Shown piece by piece: positions 1-13,263 of a stretch of 64,000 bases of DNA. Source of the DNA: Camelus ferus (lineage: Eukaryota); the NCBI RefSeq assembly GCF_009834535.1, contig NC_045697.1, forward strand, positions 1-64,000, read 5' to 3'. The translations under genes were made by a program, and so were the position numbers. The notes under the pieces are model-generated. The model was not told where the DNA came from. It was given only the letters and a program-made list of their open reading frames with translations, and made no database searches. Within the stretch, counting starts at the first letter, position 1. Every line of letters begins with the position of its first letter.

Positions 1-105
1 TCCACCAGCTCCTGGCCCAAGGACGCCTGGAGTTTGTCCTCGGAGGCCAGGTCATGCATGATGAGGCCGTGACCCACTTTGATGACCAGATCCTACAGCT
101 CACAG
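1..105 (+). CDS. MAN2B2: MAN2B2-family alpha-mannosidase (GH38), exon 3 (5' end cut by window)
   Basis: Translates [34 protein letters not shown], matching the MAN2B2 GH38 N-terminal domain; donor GTTCGA at 106; phase 1 joins the next exon as GAA (E). Confidence 0.93.
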
Positions 106-329
106 GTTCGATTACCCTTCCCCAGACCCGGGACTCCTTGTCTCCCTCCTTGGGCTGGGCTGGGTGTCTGAGCCCCGGTTCTGGGCTCCATCTTCCCCTC
201 GCAGCGGGAGACTGTGACCAGTAAGTGCGATGATTGGCTGGTGCCATACTCATGCCTGTGCCCTTGGGTGCAGGGCTCAGGGGTGTGGCTTCTAGACAAG
301 ATGGCCTGGCTATATCCCAGGTTCTAATT

Positions 330-515
330 CCCAACCCTGTGACCCTTGGCAAGAGATGGAACTACATAGAGCCTCAGCTCGTTTCTCCTCTATAAAGTGA
401 GTTTGATAAGGAGGTAAAACCTACCTCAAAGGGTTTATATGAAGATAAAATTGAGACAATTATAATGGAGCACATTGAGTACAGTGTATGGTTACCTAGT
501 AAATGCTCAGTGATG
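330..515. mobile_element. MIR-like SINE fragment
   Basis: tgtgacccttggcaag...gagcctcag...tataaagtgag...acagtgtatggttacctagtaaatgctcag resembles the MIR core and tail. Confidence 0.55.
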
Positions 516-529
516 TTTAGAGGCTATCC

Positions 530-1545
530 TGCCATCACCCCACCCAACAAACCCTCCACCAATACCACTGCCTCCAGCACCTCCAGCACATCACCATGAT
601 TACCACCGCCACCATCATCTGCATCACCTCCAGGGACACTACCACCTCCAACAGCACCACCTAGTCTACCACAACCACCACCACCCCCATGATTACTAAC
701 ACCACCATCACCACCTCAACTTCCACATCCACACCAGCACACACCACCATCACCACATCAGCTCCAACACCACAGCCACCACCACCTCCGTCACCATCAT
801 CATCACCTCCAACACATCATTACTACTTCCACCAAAACAAGGACCACCACAGACACCATCGCTATCACCGCCATCATCACCTCCAACACCATTGCCGCCG
901 CCGCCACCACCACCACCACCACCACCACTTCAGCCACCATCACACCTCTACAACCTATCTACCATGTAAACCACATCACCTTCAACATCATCTTCACACC
1001 ACTGACAACACCATCACTTTCTGCATCACCTTCACCATCAGCACCACCACCAACTCATCCACTACCATCATCATTAACTCCACCACCAAAAGAGGGACCA
1101 CCAACACCACCACTATCAGCCCCATCACCACAACCATCATTTCAACAACACCACCATCACCAACATCAAAACTTCAATGCCAGATCTACCACCATCACCA
1201 TAACCACCAACACCACCCACATCACCAGCATCTAAAAAATTTCATCACCACCTCTACCATCCTCACCGCTATCATCACCACTACCACCACCATCACCATC
1301 CTCATTATCTCTGCCTCCACTGTAACTAGCAGAACTACCATCACAACCACCATCACCACCACAAACATGATCACCTCCCTCACTTCCATCACTGCCACCT
1401 CCACCACCACTTCATCCATCACCACCAAAAACCCTACATAAACATCACAACCTACTGAAGGTCGACCACTATCACCTCCACCATTACCAGCACCACCACC
1501 ATCACCAACAGTATCATCAGCATCTCCACCTCACCATCACCAGGC
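530..1545. repeat. Degenerate (ACC/ATC)n trinucleotide low-complexity tract in intron 3
   Basis: About 1 kb dominated by ACC, CAC and ATC triplets, G-poor on the + strand. Confidence 0.9.
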
Positions 1546-4500
1546 ACACTTCCTTGCACAGCAGGGAACATTACTCTCTCTCCACGTCACAAATAGGGTT
1601 GTCAGAAAGTGGGCACTTCACCTAATCCCCCTAAAGCAGGATTGGGAGGTAGTGGCAATCAGGTGTATCTCAGTTCATTTTGCCAAAAGGGAGACTGGAG
1701 AATGAACCAAAAGAGGGACGAAGGGTCCATGGATGATCGCCAGGTGAAGTAACTCTTGAATGGGACTGAAGCTTCTAAAGCCCCAATTGTCACTTACCAC
1801 TGACAGTAACCCGGCAGGTAAACCCCTGGGTAAAAGCAATCAAGATAGCATTGGATGGGTTGATTCTAAGGAATCTTCTTACAAGTTGAGCGCTCCTTTC
1901 ACTCCTTAAATTCTGTGGTCCCAACCCTCATGTGAGTTTACTGCTGGCCTCTTTCTGGATGGTAAGTGGGAACGGTGATGGGAAATCTTTAAGTTCGTTT
2001 AATGGTGAAATCCCAGGCTTGCTTGAATGCAGCTTCAGGACTCAGCTCCTGGCTCCTCCCCATCCTTCTGCCTCCTGAGGCCCCTATCTGCTTCAACAAC
2101 AATGCCTCCTGTGCCTTCAGTCACCAGGTTCCTCTTGTTTATACCTGAGCATCTCATCTCAGACTCAGCTGAAGAGTCTCATGGTCCAGGAACCTTCCAT
2201 TTGGACCCTCAGAACCTTATCACCTCCCTGTTCACCCCAAAAACTACAGGTCGTGTCTGGCAGTGACTGCAGTCTGATTCTTCTCTGGATCACTAAGGCT
2301 CAGCCCAACTTCTGGCAACACGAGTGCTTGGTGGGCATGGCAGCGAGGGGGTGAGTGCTGTCCTACTCTGGCTCCGGGTGTCCACAGCGGAGACTATCCT
2401 GTGAAGGGCCTGCTGTCCCTGGGTTATTTCAGCCCGAGCTCTGGGCCATGTCCCTCAAACGCCTTCCCCCCAATACTAGTAATGCCCCTCTCTCCGTGGT
2501 TGTCACCCCGGTTCTACTTCTGCTTGTTCTCTGTGACTCCTCCCCTGAAGTATGAAACCTTGCCTAACATTCTCCTGGGAAGGAGGGGAGCAGGCCTCCC
2601 CAGCTGAGGCAAGCAACCACAATTCCTATGTCCCCTTGTCCCTCTGTCACCCCGGCCACTGTACTTCTGGCCCCGCCCTCCACTCACTAGCCAAGTAAAT
2701 CTTGACCTGGTCGTTGTGCTCATTAGAACACTGGTTATAAACTACTTTGACTGTGGCCAAGTGACTGTGATCCAACAAAAGGGATGGTTCTTTCTCTCGT
2801 GGGGGAAAATTCTGCAAGTGCAGCCCTGTCTGGGCCACTGGGTGGCTCTGCTCCACAGAGTAATCCAAGCATCCAAGCTGCTTCTCTTCGCTCTGCCATC
2901 TCATAGTGTGTCTCGCCCTCCTTGCATGACTGGAGGTGACTCACCCCAGTGAAAATGTCATCCCAGCAGGAAAGGGGGAAAGAACGGTGGGAAGACAGCA
3001 GGCTGCATCTTTCCAAAGGTGACCTAGAAATTACACTCATCACTTGTGCTCACATCCATGGACCGGAACCTGAGTACTTGGTATATTTTCCAAGAAAGGC
3101 TGGGAACACAGTCTCTAGCTAGAAGCTTATTATCCTGCCAAAATTATAGGGAATGTCTGGTTCTGTTACTAAAAGGCAAGGGGAGAATGTATCTTGGGGG
3201 ACAGTGGGCTGTTTCATTCATTAATCACCTGTTCATTTGGGTCTCAGGAATAATTTCTCCTGGAGTCCAGAAAACCTGAGAACAGTGACTTGAGTCTCTA
3301 GGATATTTACTATTTACTTACAAAGAAGGGAAATGGTTTGTGGACTGATGCTGCAGCCCACTGATGTTTCTCACATTCTCATATCCTCTCCCATGTGATC
3401 ACAGAATAGCTGCCACAGCTCCAGTCAGCATGAACCTATTCTTTCACAGTCAAAGAAGGAAAAGGGCAGAATGTGGGCTTTCTTACTGACCTCGTCTTAT
3501 CTAAGGTGGGAAATATTGCCCTGAAGCCCAAGCAGCCTTAACCCACACATCTATTTTCTCTGTAACCATACTCCATGACCACATCTAGTTTCCACAAAGA
3601 CTGAGAGCAATATTCTGGCAGAGGGAAGTGAGCTTGCCATGACCACTAAGACCAGAGACAATTCATCCCTTGGGCCTCGGTCAGTGTCCCCTGAACAAAT
3701 GAAGATTCTGTGAGTGAGGAATTTGGGGTCACTGAGTCAGCAGCCATCATGACTGCCCTCCTCTCGCCGCACATCTGCTGAGGGTGTGCCCTCCACAGCT
3801 TACTGACCCCCTCAGTGTGACCTACTGACCATCCCCTCCCTCATCTCAGAGCCCTGGCCCCCAGCTCTTCCCCCTTCTCTCCAGCAGCTCCTTCTTGGTC
3901 TCCTCTGCTTCCCGCACTCCCTCTGCTGCTCCCACTGGTCCCCAAGGGCTCGGAGCCCCGCCCCAAGTCCAGCTGCCTGGTTCACCATCCTCACCTCCTC
4001 TGTGAACCAGACCCCGATCGGCCTCAGGCCCACCCTGACCACCCAGCAGTCGCCTCATTTCTCACTGAAACTTGTTCATAGAACTGAGCATGTCTCTGTC
4101 CCAGAACCACGGAATCTTCTAGGTCCCAGCCGGTGTCCCAGCCTGGGGAGGTCATCAGTGGAAGGTAGTTCGAATTGACACCAGCTACTTGTGCTCTCTG
4201 AGTCTTTGTTTTCTCTCCTGAAAATGCAGGCGGTTGTCACCAGCTCTTGGGCCATTCAGAAGATTATATCTGGGGAAAACTGGCGAACTTTAATCAATGG
4301 CTTATCAAGTCTAGGGCTTTCTCTCTGCAGCCATGTCCCTGACACCTCGCTCCTTGCTGTGGCTGGTAAATCATGAATGAATGAGTGAAAGGTCGGACTA
4401 TTCTGGGACGGAGCCCCTGTATTAGCACCTGCTGCGGCAAGACCCTGCTTGGCCTGGAAGAGGGCACTGCAGCCCTGCAGAAGGGCAGGGGGCCCTGGGG

Positions 4501-4556
4501 GAGTCAGGGGGTGAGGGGCCACACTCCTGTCACCAGCGAGGCTTATCTCTCTGCAG

Positions 4557-4729
4557 AAGGACACAGGTTTCTCTATGAAACATTTGGGGTCCGGCCTAGG
4601 TTCTCCTGGCAGGTCGACCCATTTGGAGCATCTGCCACGACCCCCACCCTGTTTGCCCTGGCGGGCTTCAATGCCCACGTCATCTCCCGGATCAACTATG
4701 ACCTGAAGGAGGCCATGCAGCAGGACCAG
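4557..4729 (+). CDS. MAN2B2: MAN2B2 exon 4, contains catalytic nucleophile motif WQVDPFG
   Basis: ctgcAG acceptor, (E)[63 protein letters not shown] donor; 173 nt, ends phase 0. Confidence 0.96.
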
Positions 4730-5239
4730 GTGAGTGGTGCCCCACATCTGCTGCTGCCGGCTCACCCCTGCTTCGTCCCCACTTTGTCCAGTGCATCTCA
4801 GAGCCCCTGCTCTTCTCCAGAGCACCTGGGATCCTTGGGGGCCCCTTATGCCACTGGATGTCCAGGCCCATCATTGCGCTGCTGTGCCGTCCGCCGTGTG
4901 TGACTCTTTCCCTCCTGCGTGGCTGGACCTGGCTGAGCTGCAGCCCCGGCTTGGCGTCTCCTGCTCTGTGTCCCCTTCACCCTCCAGCCCTGGGGCTCGG
5001 AAGGGACCAGAGCAGACCTGCTCTCAGTAAACCGTGCTGGGTGCAGAGAGGAGGAGGGCGGGGCTCAGGGCACCTGGGACACGGTCACTCTTCCAGGGTG
5101 AGCGCAGCTGTTAGGGACTAGATGGTGACACCAAACACCCACAGCAGACGCTGCCTTTTCCCCCTACCAAGTGCTGGGCCTGGTGGGAGCCGCCGGGCTC
5201 CTGGTGTCCTTTAATCCTGCCGGCACCCCTGGGACATGG

Positions 5240-5646
5240 TGCATTCGTTTCCTGGGGCCGCCGAGACACAGTGCCGCAAACTGGGGGCTTCGAGCAGCAG
5301 AAACGTGCTGCTCACAGGTCTGGAGGCCAGAAACCCGAGATCAGCCCTGGACGGGGCCACGCGCCTCCTGAGGGTGTTTGGGAAGTGGGGTCTGGGCCTC
5401 TGTCTGCTTCTGGTGGCCTCAGGTGGCCTTGGCCTGGAGACAGCCGACGTCCCCCGTGTCCTGTCATCACCTTCCTCTGTGCTGTCTGGGTTGAACATTC
5501 TCCTTTAATAGGGACCCCAGTCATACGGGACCAGAGCCCACACTAAGGCCCTCATTTCACCTCAGTTTACTCTCTAAAGACTTCATTTTAAAATGAGGTC
5601 ACATGAGGTGGGAGTTAGGACTTCAGCGTGCCATTCGCCCATAATA
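5240..5646 (-). mobile_element. MLT1-type (ERVL-MaLR) solo LTR
   Basis: tgcattcgtttcctggggccgcc...ctcacaggtctggaggccagaa...gagttaggacttcag...attcgcccataata matches the recalled MLT1 LTR layout. Confidence 0.7.
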
Positions 5647-6382
5647 AACTTGCTGTAATTATCCTATTTTCCAGATGGGAAAATAAGACCCCAACATATG
5701 AATTCTGTCCGGGTCACCCTGGTATGAGTTTCTGGAGAGCAAAGGTAGCCTGGCCAGCGGGCCTTAGCAAAAGGGGCCTGGGCTCTAGGTGAGCAAGGGA
5801 AGCAAGCTTCTCTGTGCGCCCCCCGAGCGCCACGCTGAACGTGCCCTCGCTCCCCGCGGCAGCGCGCCTCCCCTGCAGGGAACCCTGTGAGCTCGTGTGG
5901 CTCCCCCAGGGTTCACGTGCAGAGACTAAGTCACAGAGGAGTCGGGGACCCGTGTGTGGAGCAGGAGCCGGTGCTCAGAGAAGCAGGATTTGATCCCTGC
6001 TTTGTAAGCCTAGCGCTTTCTAACCATCAGACCTGAATAACGGACTGTACTCCCAGAGAGAGGTGATGAGCACCCCGTGTCGGGGGGGATTCAAGCAGAG
6101 GTAGAGAGAGCATGGCGGGCAGGCCCTGGCAGAGAGAGCCCTGCCCTGGGAGGGGTGGGGAGAGCAGGCTGGCACCTTCTGGAGGGCAAATTCCTGGGCC
6201 CTCTGTGGCTGTGGGAGGTCAGGGGGCACCTGGACGAGGAGGCAGCCGAGGGAGACCTTGTCCATGAACCACTGAGAGGGGAGCAGGGGGCGGGCAGCCA
6301 GAGACGCAGCGGGTGCTGGGGAGGGGGAGCGGGGCAGCGGGGTGGCCCCTCGGCCCTCACTCTGTTCCCTCTGGGTTTGCAG

Positions 6383-6471
6383 GGGCTGCAGTTCGTGTGG
6401 CGGGGGTCCCCGTCCCTGTCAGCGCAGCAGGAAATCTTCACACACGTCCTGGACACATATGGCTACTGCTC
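6383..6471 (+). CDS. MAN2B2: MAN2B2 exon 5 (short form)
   Basis: ttgc[31 protein letters not shown](S), GTGAGC donor; 89 nt, phase 2 matches next exon. Confidence 0.93.
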
Positions 6472-7699
6472 GTGAGCACCTGCCTTGGGCCAGGCCCTGT
6501 CCCAAGCTCTCCCCCGTGTCCCCTCCGCCATGTCTCTCATGGCCACCCCTGAGGGAGACACACTGGGCGCCACCTTACAGAAAGGGCAACTGAGGCCTAG
6601 AGCCCCAGCTCCAGTCCCGGGGTGGCAGCCGCGGGGCAGCAGCGCTGGGCTCGGGGACAGCTCCAAGCCCCGTGTCAGGGGGGCAGCCCGCCTGGGGGCT
6701 GTCTGGCTGGAGGGCCCTGGGTCAGTCCCACTCTGCCCCTTTGTACCTGTCAGGCCACGGACAGCGGGACCCCCTCCGTGAACAGGGGAGGCTGGCAGGC
6801 GGGGTGAAGGGGCAGCGGGGAGAAGAGGCCGGGACGCACGCCTGGGTCTGCCTGTCGGGCCCCGCTCTGCGCCAGGCACTGTTTCTCCCTGTTTTCCTTC
6901 AGTGATTTTCATTTACTCCTCCTAACTTTCTTCAGTACGTTTTACCATCATGAGACTAGGGTTCAGAGAGGTTCAAAGTCAGGTTCGAAGGTTCAGGTCA
7001 CTCCTGAAGGCTGGCCAAGGGTCCCTCCGTGTCACTCGTGTGCTGCCCAGCATGAGGCACCGAAGACCCGACCTGGGGCTGCCCAGACCCCCGCGGCTCA
7101 TTGCTGGGGTCAGTGCCTCCTGAGCCATGGTGAAGCCTGAGGATTGTCTGTCTTTATGTGAAAATTTGATCATGTGTTTGTCATGACGTTTTTGGAATTC
7201 CGTCTGGTTTTTAAAGTATTGTTAAAATACCAGCATGTTGACAACTGAGATTTTTGCACCCCTGAAAGTCTGTGCCCAAGGCCAGTGCCTGTCCCGCCTC
7301 ACCCTCACCTAGCCCTGCTTAGGATCCCTGGATCTGGATCGGTGGGCAGGGAGATGACAAGGAACTAGTGATCAAACGAATCCCACCATCCCTGTGGTGG
7401 ACGTGGGAAGGGGGCCCACTGTTGTGGGCTCCACACGTGGGATGACGAAATGCTGGCCCCGTGGGTGACGTGCCCAAGGTCACAATGGTGAAAGGATGAA
7501 ACGTGGCACCTTCTGTGCCCAAAGCTCTCATCTGCCCAGCACTGTTCTGCCCACTGCACTGATGGGAGAGGAGGCCCTGAGTGAGGGTCCACAGGCTCAA
7601 GGTGCACTGTGGCCTCCCTGAGCCCTGCCTGTCCTCCCGGACCCCAGGAGACCCCCCTTGCCGGGGCGAGAACCCCCCTAAAATTCCTCTCTCTCTCAG

Positions 7700-7877
7700 T
7701 AAAGGGTTTTACTGGGACGGAGAAGCTGTCTTCCCAGACCCTCCCAAGGATGGAATGTACCCCTCGAAGGACACGCCTGTCACTAAGACCAACATTGAAT
7801 CCTACACTATGGACATGCTGAACAACATGTTTGAACGGGCCGCCTTGTTCCGGACACCGCACGTCCTCTGGCCCTGG
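7700..7877 (+). CDS. MAN2B2: MAN2B2 exon 6
   Basis: Polypyrimidine tract + cAG, KGFYWDGEAVFPDPPKDGMYP...FRTPHVLWPW, GTAAGG donor; 178 nt. Confidence 0.95.
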
Positions 7878-9584
7878 GTAAGGTGTGGTCCCAGGGCCTT
7901 GGTTCTGCAACTCTGCACGGGGACAGCTGTGATGGGTCCCACCCTGCTCTAGGACCACCCTAGACTCGGGGCCCAGCTCTAACCAGGCCAGGCTCCCTCC
8001 AGGCAGCGGGTCAGGCAGCCATCCTAGCCCCGGCACAGTCCTCCTTCCCTGCAACCCCAAGCCCTCACCCTGCTACCAGCCCCTTTCCCTCCCTGGATCA
8101 CCCCCACTCTCCCACCTGACATGCAGCCTCACCGAAGCTGGCCTCCAGGTTCTAATCAGCTCTCGCCTGCTTTTCCCTTCACAATGCTGGGAGCAGAGGC
8201 CTGGACCCGAATCCTGCCTCCCTGTTCAATAGCTGTGAGACTTAGAACCTCTGAGCCTTCGTTTCCTCATCTGTAAAATGGGGATGATGACACGACCCGC
8301 TTCATGGGCTTGATTGGAATCAGGTGGGAGAGGCAACCGCGGGGGACAGTGCCTGACACCAAGTCATCATTGTCGTCACAGTGAAAGTTTATGGAGCCCC
8401 CTCTGTGCACCAGGCACTGTTCTACGGGATGTATGTGTCTCATACGTTTAATCCGCCCCAGGGGGCTAGGGGGTAGGCACTGTGGTAAACCATTGCAGAT
8501 GCAGGGACTGAGAACCAGAGAGGTTAAGGAATCTTCCTGAGGCCACACAGCTACTTAGAAGGGCAGCTAAGGAAAGCGGAATTTTGTGCAGATCCGGTCA
8601 GGGAAGCTTCATCACCATTATTTTATCTGTGGCTTGAGGCATAATTGAAAATATATATGGGCGACAAAGAAACGAAACATGAAATATCTAACTTCTCGGC
8701 AGTTCAAGATGGAAGGTGATATTTGCCAGAGGAAACAAAGATTCCCACCTAAAAGGTCTCGGGTCCAGATCGCAAAGTGTCACAAACGACCTCCCGTTTC
8801 TGACACACTAGGAGGACTGTCCAAGTGGGCTACTACGGGTTCTGTAGGTTTGGGCTTGCCTGCTCAGTATGTTATCCTGGGGCCCCTGGCTTTGAGCACG
8901 GCTGCGGCCCCGTGAGACCCAGTCATAGCCTTCTCCACACTCTGACCACGGCCCTTGACTGGGAACCAGGCAGCTCCTCTGGGGCTGCTTCAGGCCTGAG
9001 CCCGGGGGTCTGTCCCCTGTGACCGGGAAGTTCAGTAGTTTAACCGTGCTATCTATGCTCGTCGGCTTTTGTGGTGAGCTCATAACAAAGTTCCCAAGAA
9101 AGATGATAAGAATACATCTTATGAATAATTTATCCCTTTAGTCGGCCTGAGAGCCACTAGATTCTGAAGTTCCCATGGTAGCCGCTGGTAGGACTCAATG
9201 TGGCCGGCTGACCTGTCAAAACCTAAAGGGCCCTTTCTTCGTTCTTATCCTGTTCTGCCCATGAGAGTCAGACAGACATCACCTCTGCAAAACATCTGTC
9301 GACCAGGATTGCAGGTTTTGGCATATGCGATCAGAGGTGACCGGGCGTTAGGTTGGGGGTCAAGATTTGGGGTACACATGCAATGCGTTTGAACAACTTT
9401 ATTGAGGCCCATGATTTCATCTCAGTCAAAATTAAGGCTGCCTCCTGTGAGCGCTGCCTCTTACGTATATTCTCACTATAATTATATTTTACGTATTTTT
9501 CCAAAAGCCAGCTTTCATCAAGACGGACACAGCGCCTGCGACTGTTTGGGGGAATTTTTTTCTGTGTGCTGCAGCTCTCTCTTT

Positions 9585-12530
9585 TTTTCATATTGACATA
9601 TAACTAACATATAACATTATATTCATTACAGATATACAACCTAATAGTTCCTTGTGTGTATATATTGCAAAATGATCACCACAATGTGTCTAGTTGGCAT
9701 CCATCAACACACACAGTTACAGAATTTTTTCTCGTGATGAAAACTTTTAAGACCTTCTCCTTTAGCAACTCTCAAACATACAATACAGTGTTACTAAGCA
9801 GAGTCACCGACCTGCACACTACATCCCCGTGACTTCCTTATTTTATAGGTGGAAACTGTACATTTTGACCACCATCAGCCATTTTGCACACCAACGACCC
9901 CTCACCTCTGGCAGCCACCAATCTCTTCTCTCTATGCATGAGCTTGTATTTCATGTTATTTCCATTTTTTTAAATTTTACATGTAATTGAGATCACATGG
10001 TATTCATCTTTCACTGTCTGACTTATTTCACCCAGCATAGTGCCCTCAAGTTTCATCCATGTTGTTGCAAATGGGAGAATTTCCTGCTTTGCATGGCTGA
10101 ATAGCAATTTGTTGAATATATATACCACATTTTCTTTATCCTTTCATCCACTGAACACATAGGTTGACTCCATGTCTTGGCTGTTGTAAATAATGCTGCA
10201 GTGGACATGGGGCTGCAGACATCTTTTCAAGTTAGTGTTTTTGTTCTCTTGGATACATACACAAAAGTGGGGTTGCTGGAGCAGTCATATGGCAGCTCTA
10301 TTTTTAATTTCTCTAGGAACCTTCACACTGTTTTCCATAGTGGCTGTATCAGCTTACACTCGGTCCAACAGTGCAGGGAAATTTCCTTTTCGCATCATCT
10401 GCACCAACACTTCCTTCTTGTCTCTTGACAATAGCCATTCTGGTAGGTATGAGGTGGTATCCCACTGTGGGTTTGACTTGCATTTCCCTGATGCTTAGTG
10501 ATGGTAAGCAACTTTTCCTTCCTGTGTCTGCTGGCATATCTATATCTTCTTTAGAAAAATGTCTGTTCAGGTCCTTTGCCCATTTTGAACCCAAGTTGCT
10601 TGTATTTTGACTACTGAGTTGTATGAGTTCTTTACATATTTAGACATCAACTTTTTTCAAATTTATGATTTGCAAATATTTTCTCCTGTTTGGTAGACTG
10701 TCTCCTTATTTTGTTGAATTTTCTTTCTTGTGTAGAAGCTTCTATTTTGATACAGTTCCACTTGTTTGGTATTCCTTATGCTGCCATTGCATTTGGTGTC
10801 AAATCCAAAATATCATCATCATGACTGAAGACCATGAGCTTGCCATGAATGTTTTCTTCTGTAAGTTTTATAGTTTCAGGTGTTACATTCAAGGCTTTAA
10901 CTCATTTGAGTTCATCTTTTCATGGTCATAGAGTTTCATTCTATTCATGAGGCTATCCAGTTTCCCTGACACCACTTGTTGTGGATAATGTCCCTTTCCA
11001 GTTTTATATTCTTGGCTGTAAAATAGCTACCATATACCCATGACCTTTTTTCTGAACTCTCCGTTCTATTTCCCTGATCTGTGTGTCTGGTTTTTGCCAA
11101 TACCAGATCCTTTGATTACTATAGCTTCAAGTCATATAGTTTGACATCCTGGTTATGATGCTTCCAGTGTTGTCTTCTTTGTGAAGATCACGTTGACTAT
11201 TCAGGATCTTTTGTAGTTCCAACAAATTTTAGGATTAGTTGTTCTATTACTGCGAAAAATGTCATTGGAATTTTAACAGGGATTGCAATGAATCTGTAGG
11301 TTACTTTGGATAATGTGGACATTTTATCAATATTAATTCTTTCATTCATGAGTACAGCATATTTTCCCACTTATTTGTGTCTTCTTCAACTTCTATAATC
11401 ACTGTCATACTTTTCAGTGTATCGGTCTTTCCCTACTTGGTTAAATATATTCCTAGTATTTTAACTTTTTGATGCAATTACAAATGGGAGTGTTTTCTTC
11501 ATTCTCTTTCTGATAACTATTCATGTATAGAAATGCTAATCAACAGTGACTTGTGCTGTTTTCTTCATTCTCTTTCTAATAGTTATTCTGGTATAGAAAC
11601 ACTAATCAACAAATGATTATGTGTATTGATTTTTTTATCTTGTGACTTTGCTGAATTTATTAATTCTAAGCTTTACATAGAGTTTTCCATGTGTAATATC
11701 ATTTTGGCTACCAATAGTGACAATTTTATTTCTTCTGTTCCAATTTCATGCCCTTTTTTCCCCTCTCTTAATTGCTATGGTCATGCTTTATAATATCACG
11801 CTAAATAAAAGGGCTAAGTGTGAGCATCCTTGTCTTTTTCCTGATCTTTGAGGAATAGATTCCAAGTTCTCATCATTAGTTATGATGTCAGAGGTGGGCT
11901 TATCACAGACGGCCTATATTATGTTGAGGTACCTTCCCTTTATTTCCATTTGAATGAGAGTTTTTATCAACAATGGAGTTGAATTTTGGCAAATGCTTTT
12001 TCTGCATCTGTTGAGATGACCATATAATTTTTATCTTCCATTTAGTTAATGCAGTGGATGTTGAACCATCCTTGCATTCCTGGAATAAATCCCATTTGAT
12101 CATGGTGTAACATTGTTTTCTTTGTATTGTTGGATTTGTTCTGTTAATGGTTGTTGAAAATGTTGGAATTTCTCTTCAGCAGGGAAACTGACCTATAATT
12201 TTCTTTCTTGAGACTTACTTGTCTGATTCGGTGTCAAGGTAAAGTTGGCCTTTTAAAATTATATTGTAAGTGTTCCATCCTCTTCTTTTTTTTTTTTTTT
12301 TTTTTTGTTTTTTTTTTCTTTTTGAAAAGAGTGACTGAGAAAAATTGTATTAATTCCCCTTCAATGTTTGATAGAAATCACCAGCAAAAATGATCTTTTG
12401 TTTCTTGGGAAGTTTCTGAATATGGCTGTTTTTTTTACTAGTAATTCATCTGTTCACATTTTCTACTTATTCATGATTCAATGTTAATATATTTTATATT
12501 TCAAGGAATTTATCAGTTTTGACTCTGACT
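9585..12530 (-). mobile_element. LINE-1 3' end plus ORF2 fragment, antisense in intron 6
   Basis: T-rich start followed by the reverse complement of an L1 3'UTR and ORF2; - strand ORFs show L1 ORF2 remnants (KWAKDLNRHFSKEDI, YHLIPTRMAI). Confidence 0.9.
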
Positions 12531-13064
12531 ACTTTTTTGAGGATGAGATTTAGGTCAGTACATTTAAGCAAGCTATTCTCACTTTTATTCATAGTTATTA
12601 TATTATTATAATAAACATCATTATTAATTAGCTATATCGATGGGCTTTAAGGAACGGTCAGGATGTGTAATCAATGAGACACAGAAAGTAAAAAGCTGTA
12701 TGATCAAAATTACATGTGATTTATTTTTTAAAAACTCAGGAAAAGAGGTCAGATTTATGGTTGCTGTAGGTGGGGTTGAGGGCATTGGAGAATGGGAGAA
12801 GATAGTGAAGAGGTACAAACTTGCAAATGTAAGAAACAAATACGGGGGATGTAATGTAAAACATTATAAAGAGAGAAACAGACAGACAAACATAAAGACA
12901 GAGAGAAATACCCACAAGATAGAGCCTGGGAGCTGGTTTGGGAGCTTGTTGCCCACCATGGAGAAGGGGAGGGTGGTTATTGGTGGTAGGGAGGCTCTTA
13001 CCCTGCTTAGACTGGGCTCTGCTCCCAGAAATGCAGGGCGTTGCCCCTGTTCCCCCACCTACAG

Positions 13065-13263
13065 GGATGTGACAGGCAGTTCTTCAACGCCTCAGAGCAG
13101 TTTGTCAACATGGACCTTCTGTTGGACTATATCAACAGCCGCACATCCCGCTTCAGTGTCTCGATAGAGTACGCCACACTGGGTGGCTACTTCCGAGCTG
13201 TATACTCACATAATGTTTCATGGCAAGTCCACAACCACCAAGACTTCCTGCCCTATTCCTCAG
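13065..13263 (+). CDS. MAN2B2: MAN2B2 exon 7, contains acid/base motif (W)GCD
   Basis: ac[19 protein letters not shown]...[13 protein letters not shown] donor; 199 nt. Confidence 0.96.

Noticed and set aside
689..1441. 250-aa Thr/His-rich ORF resembling a mucin or His-rich protein
   Set aside because: By-product of the (ACC)n intronic low-complexity tract, which rarely contains stops; no exon structure or domain.
1560..3700. Possible MaLR/ERVL fragments in intron 3 and an LTR-like stretch near 8600-9430
   Set aside because: Resemblance too weak to assign boundaries or family without a RepeatMasker run.
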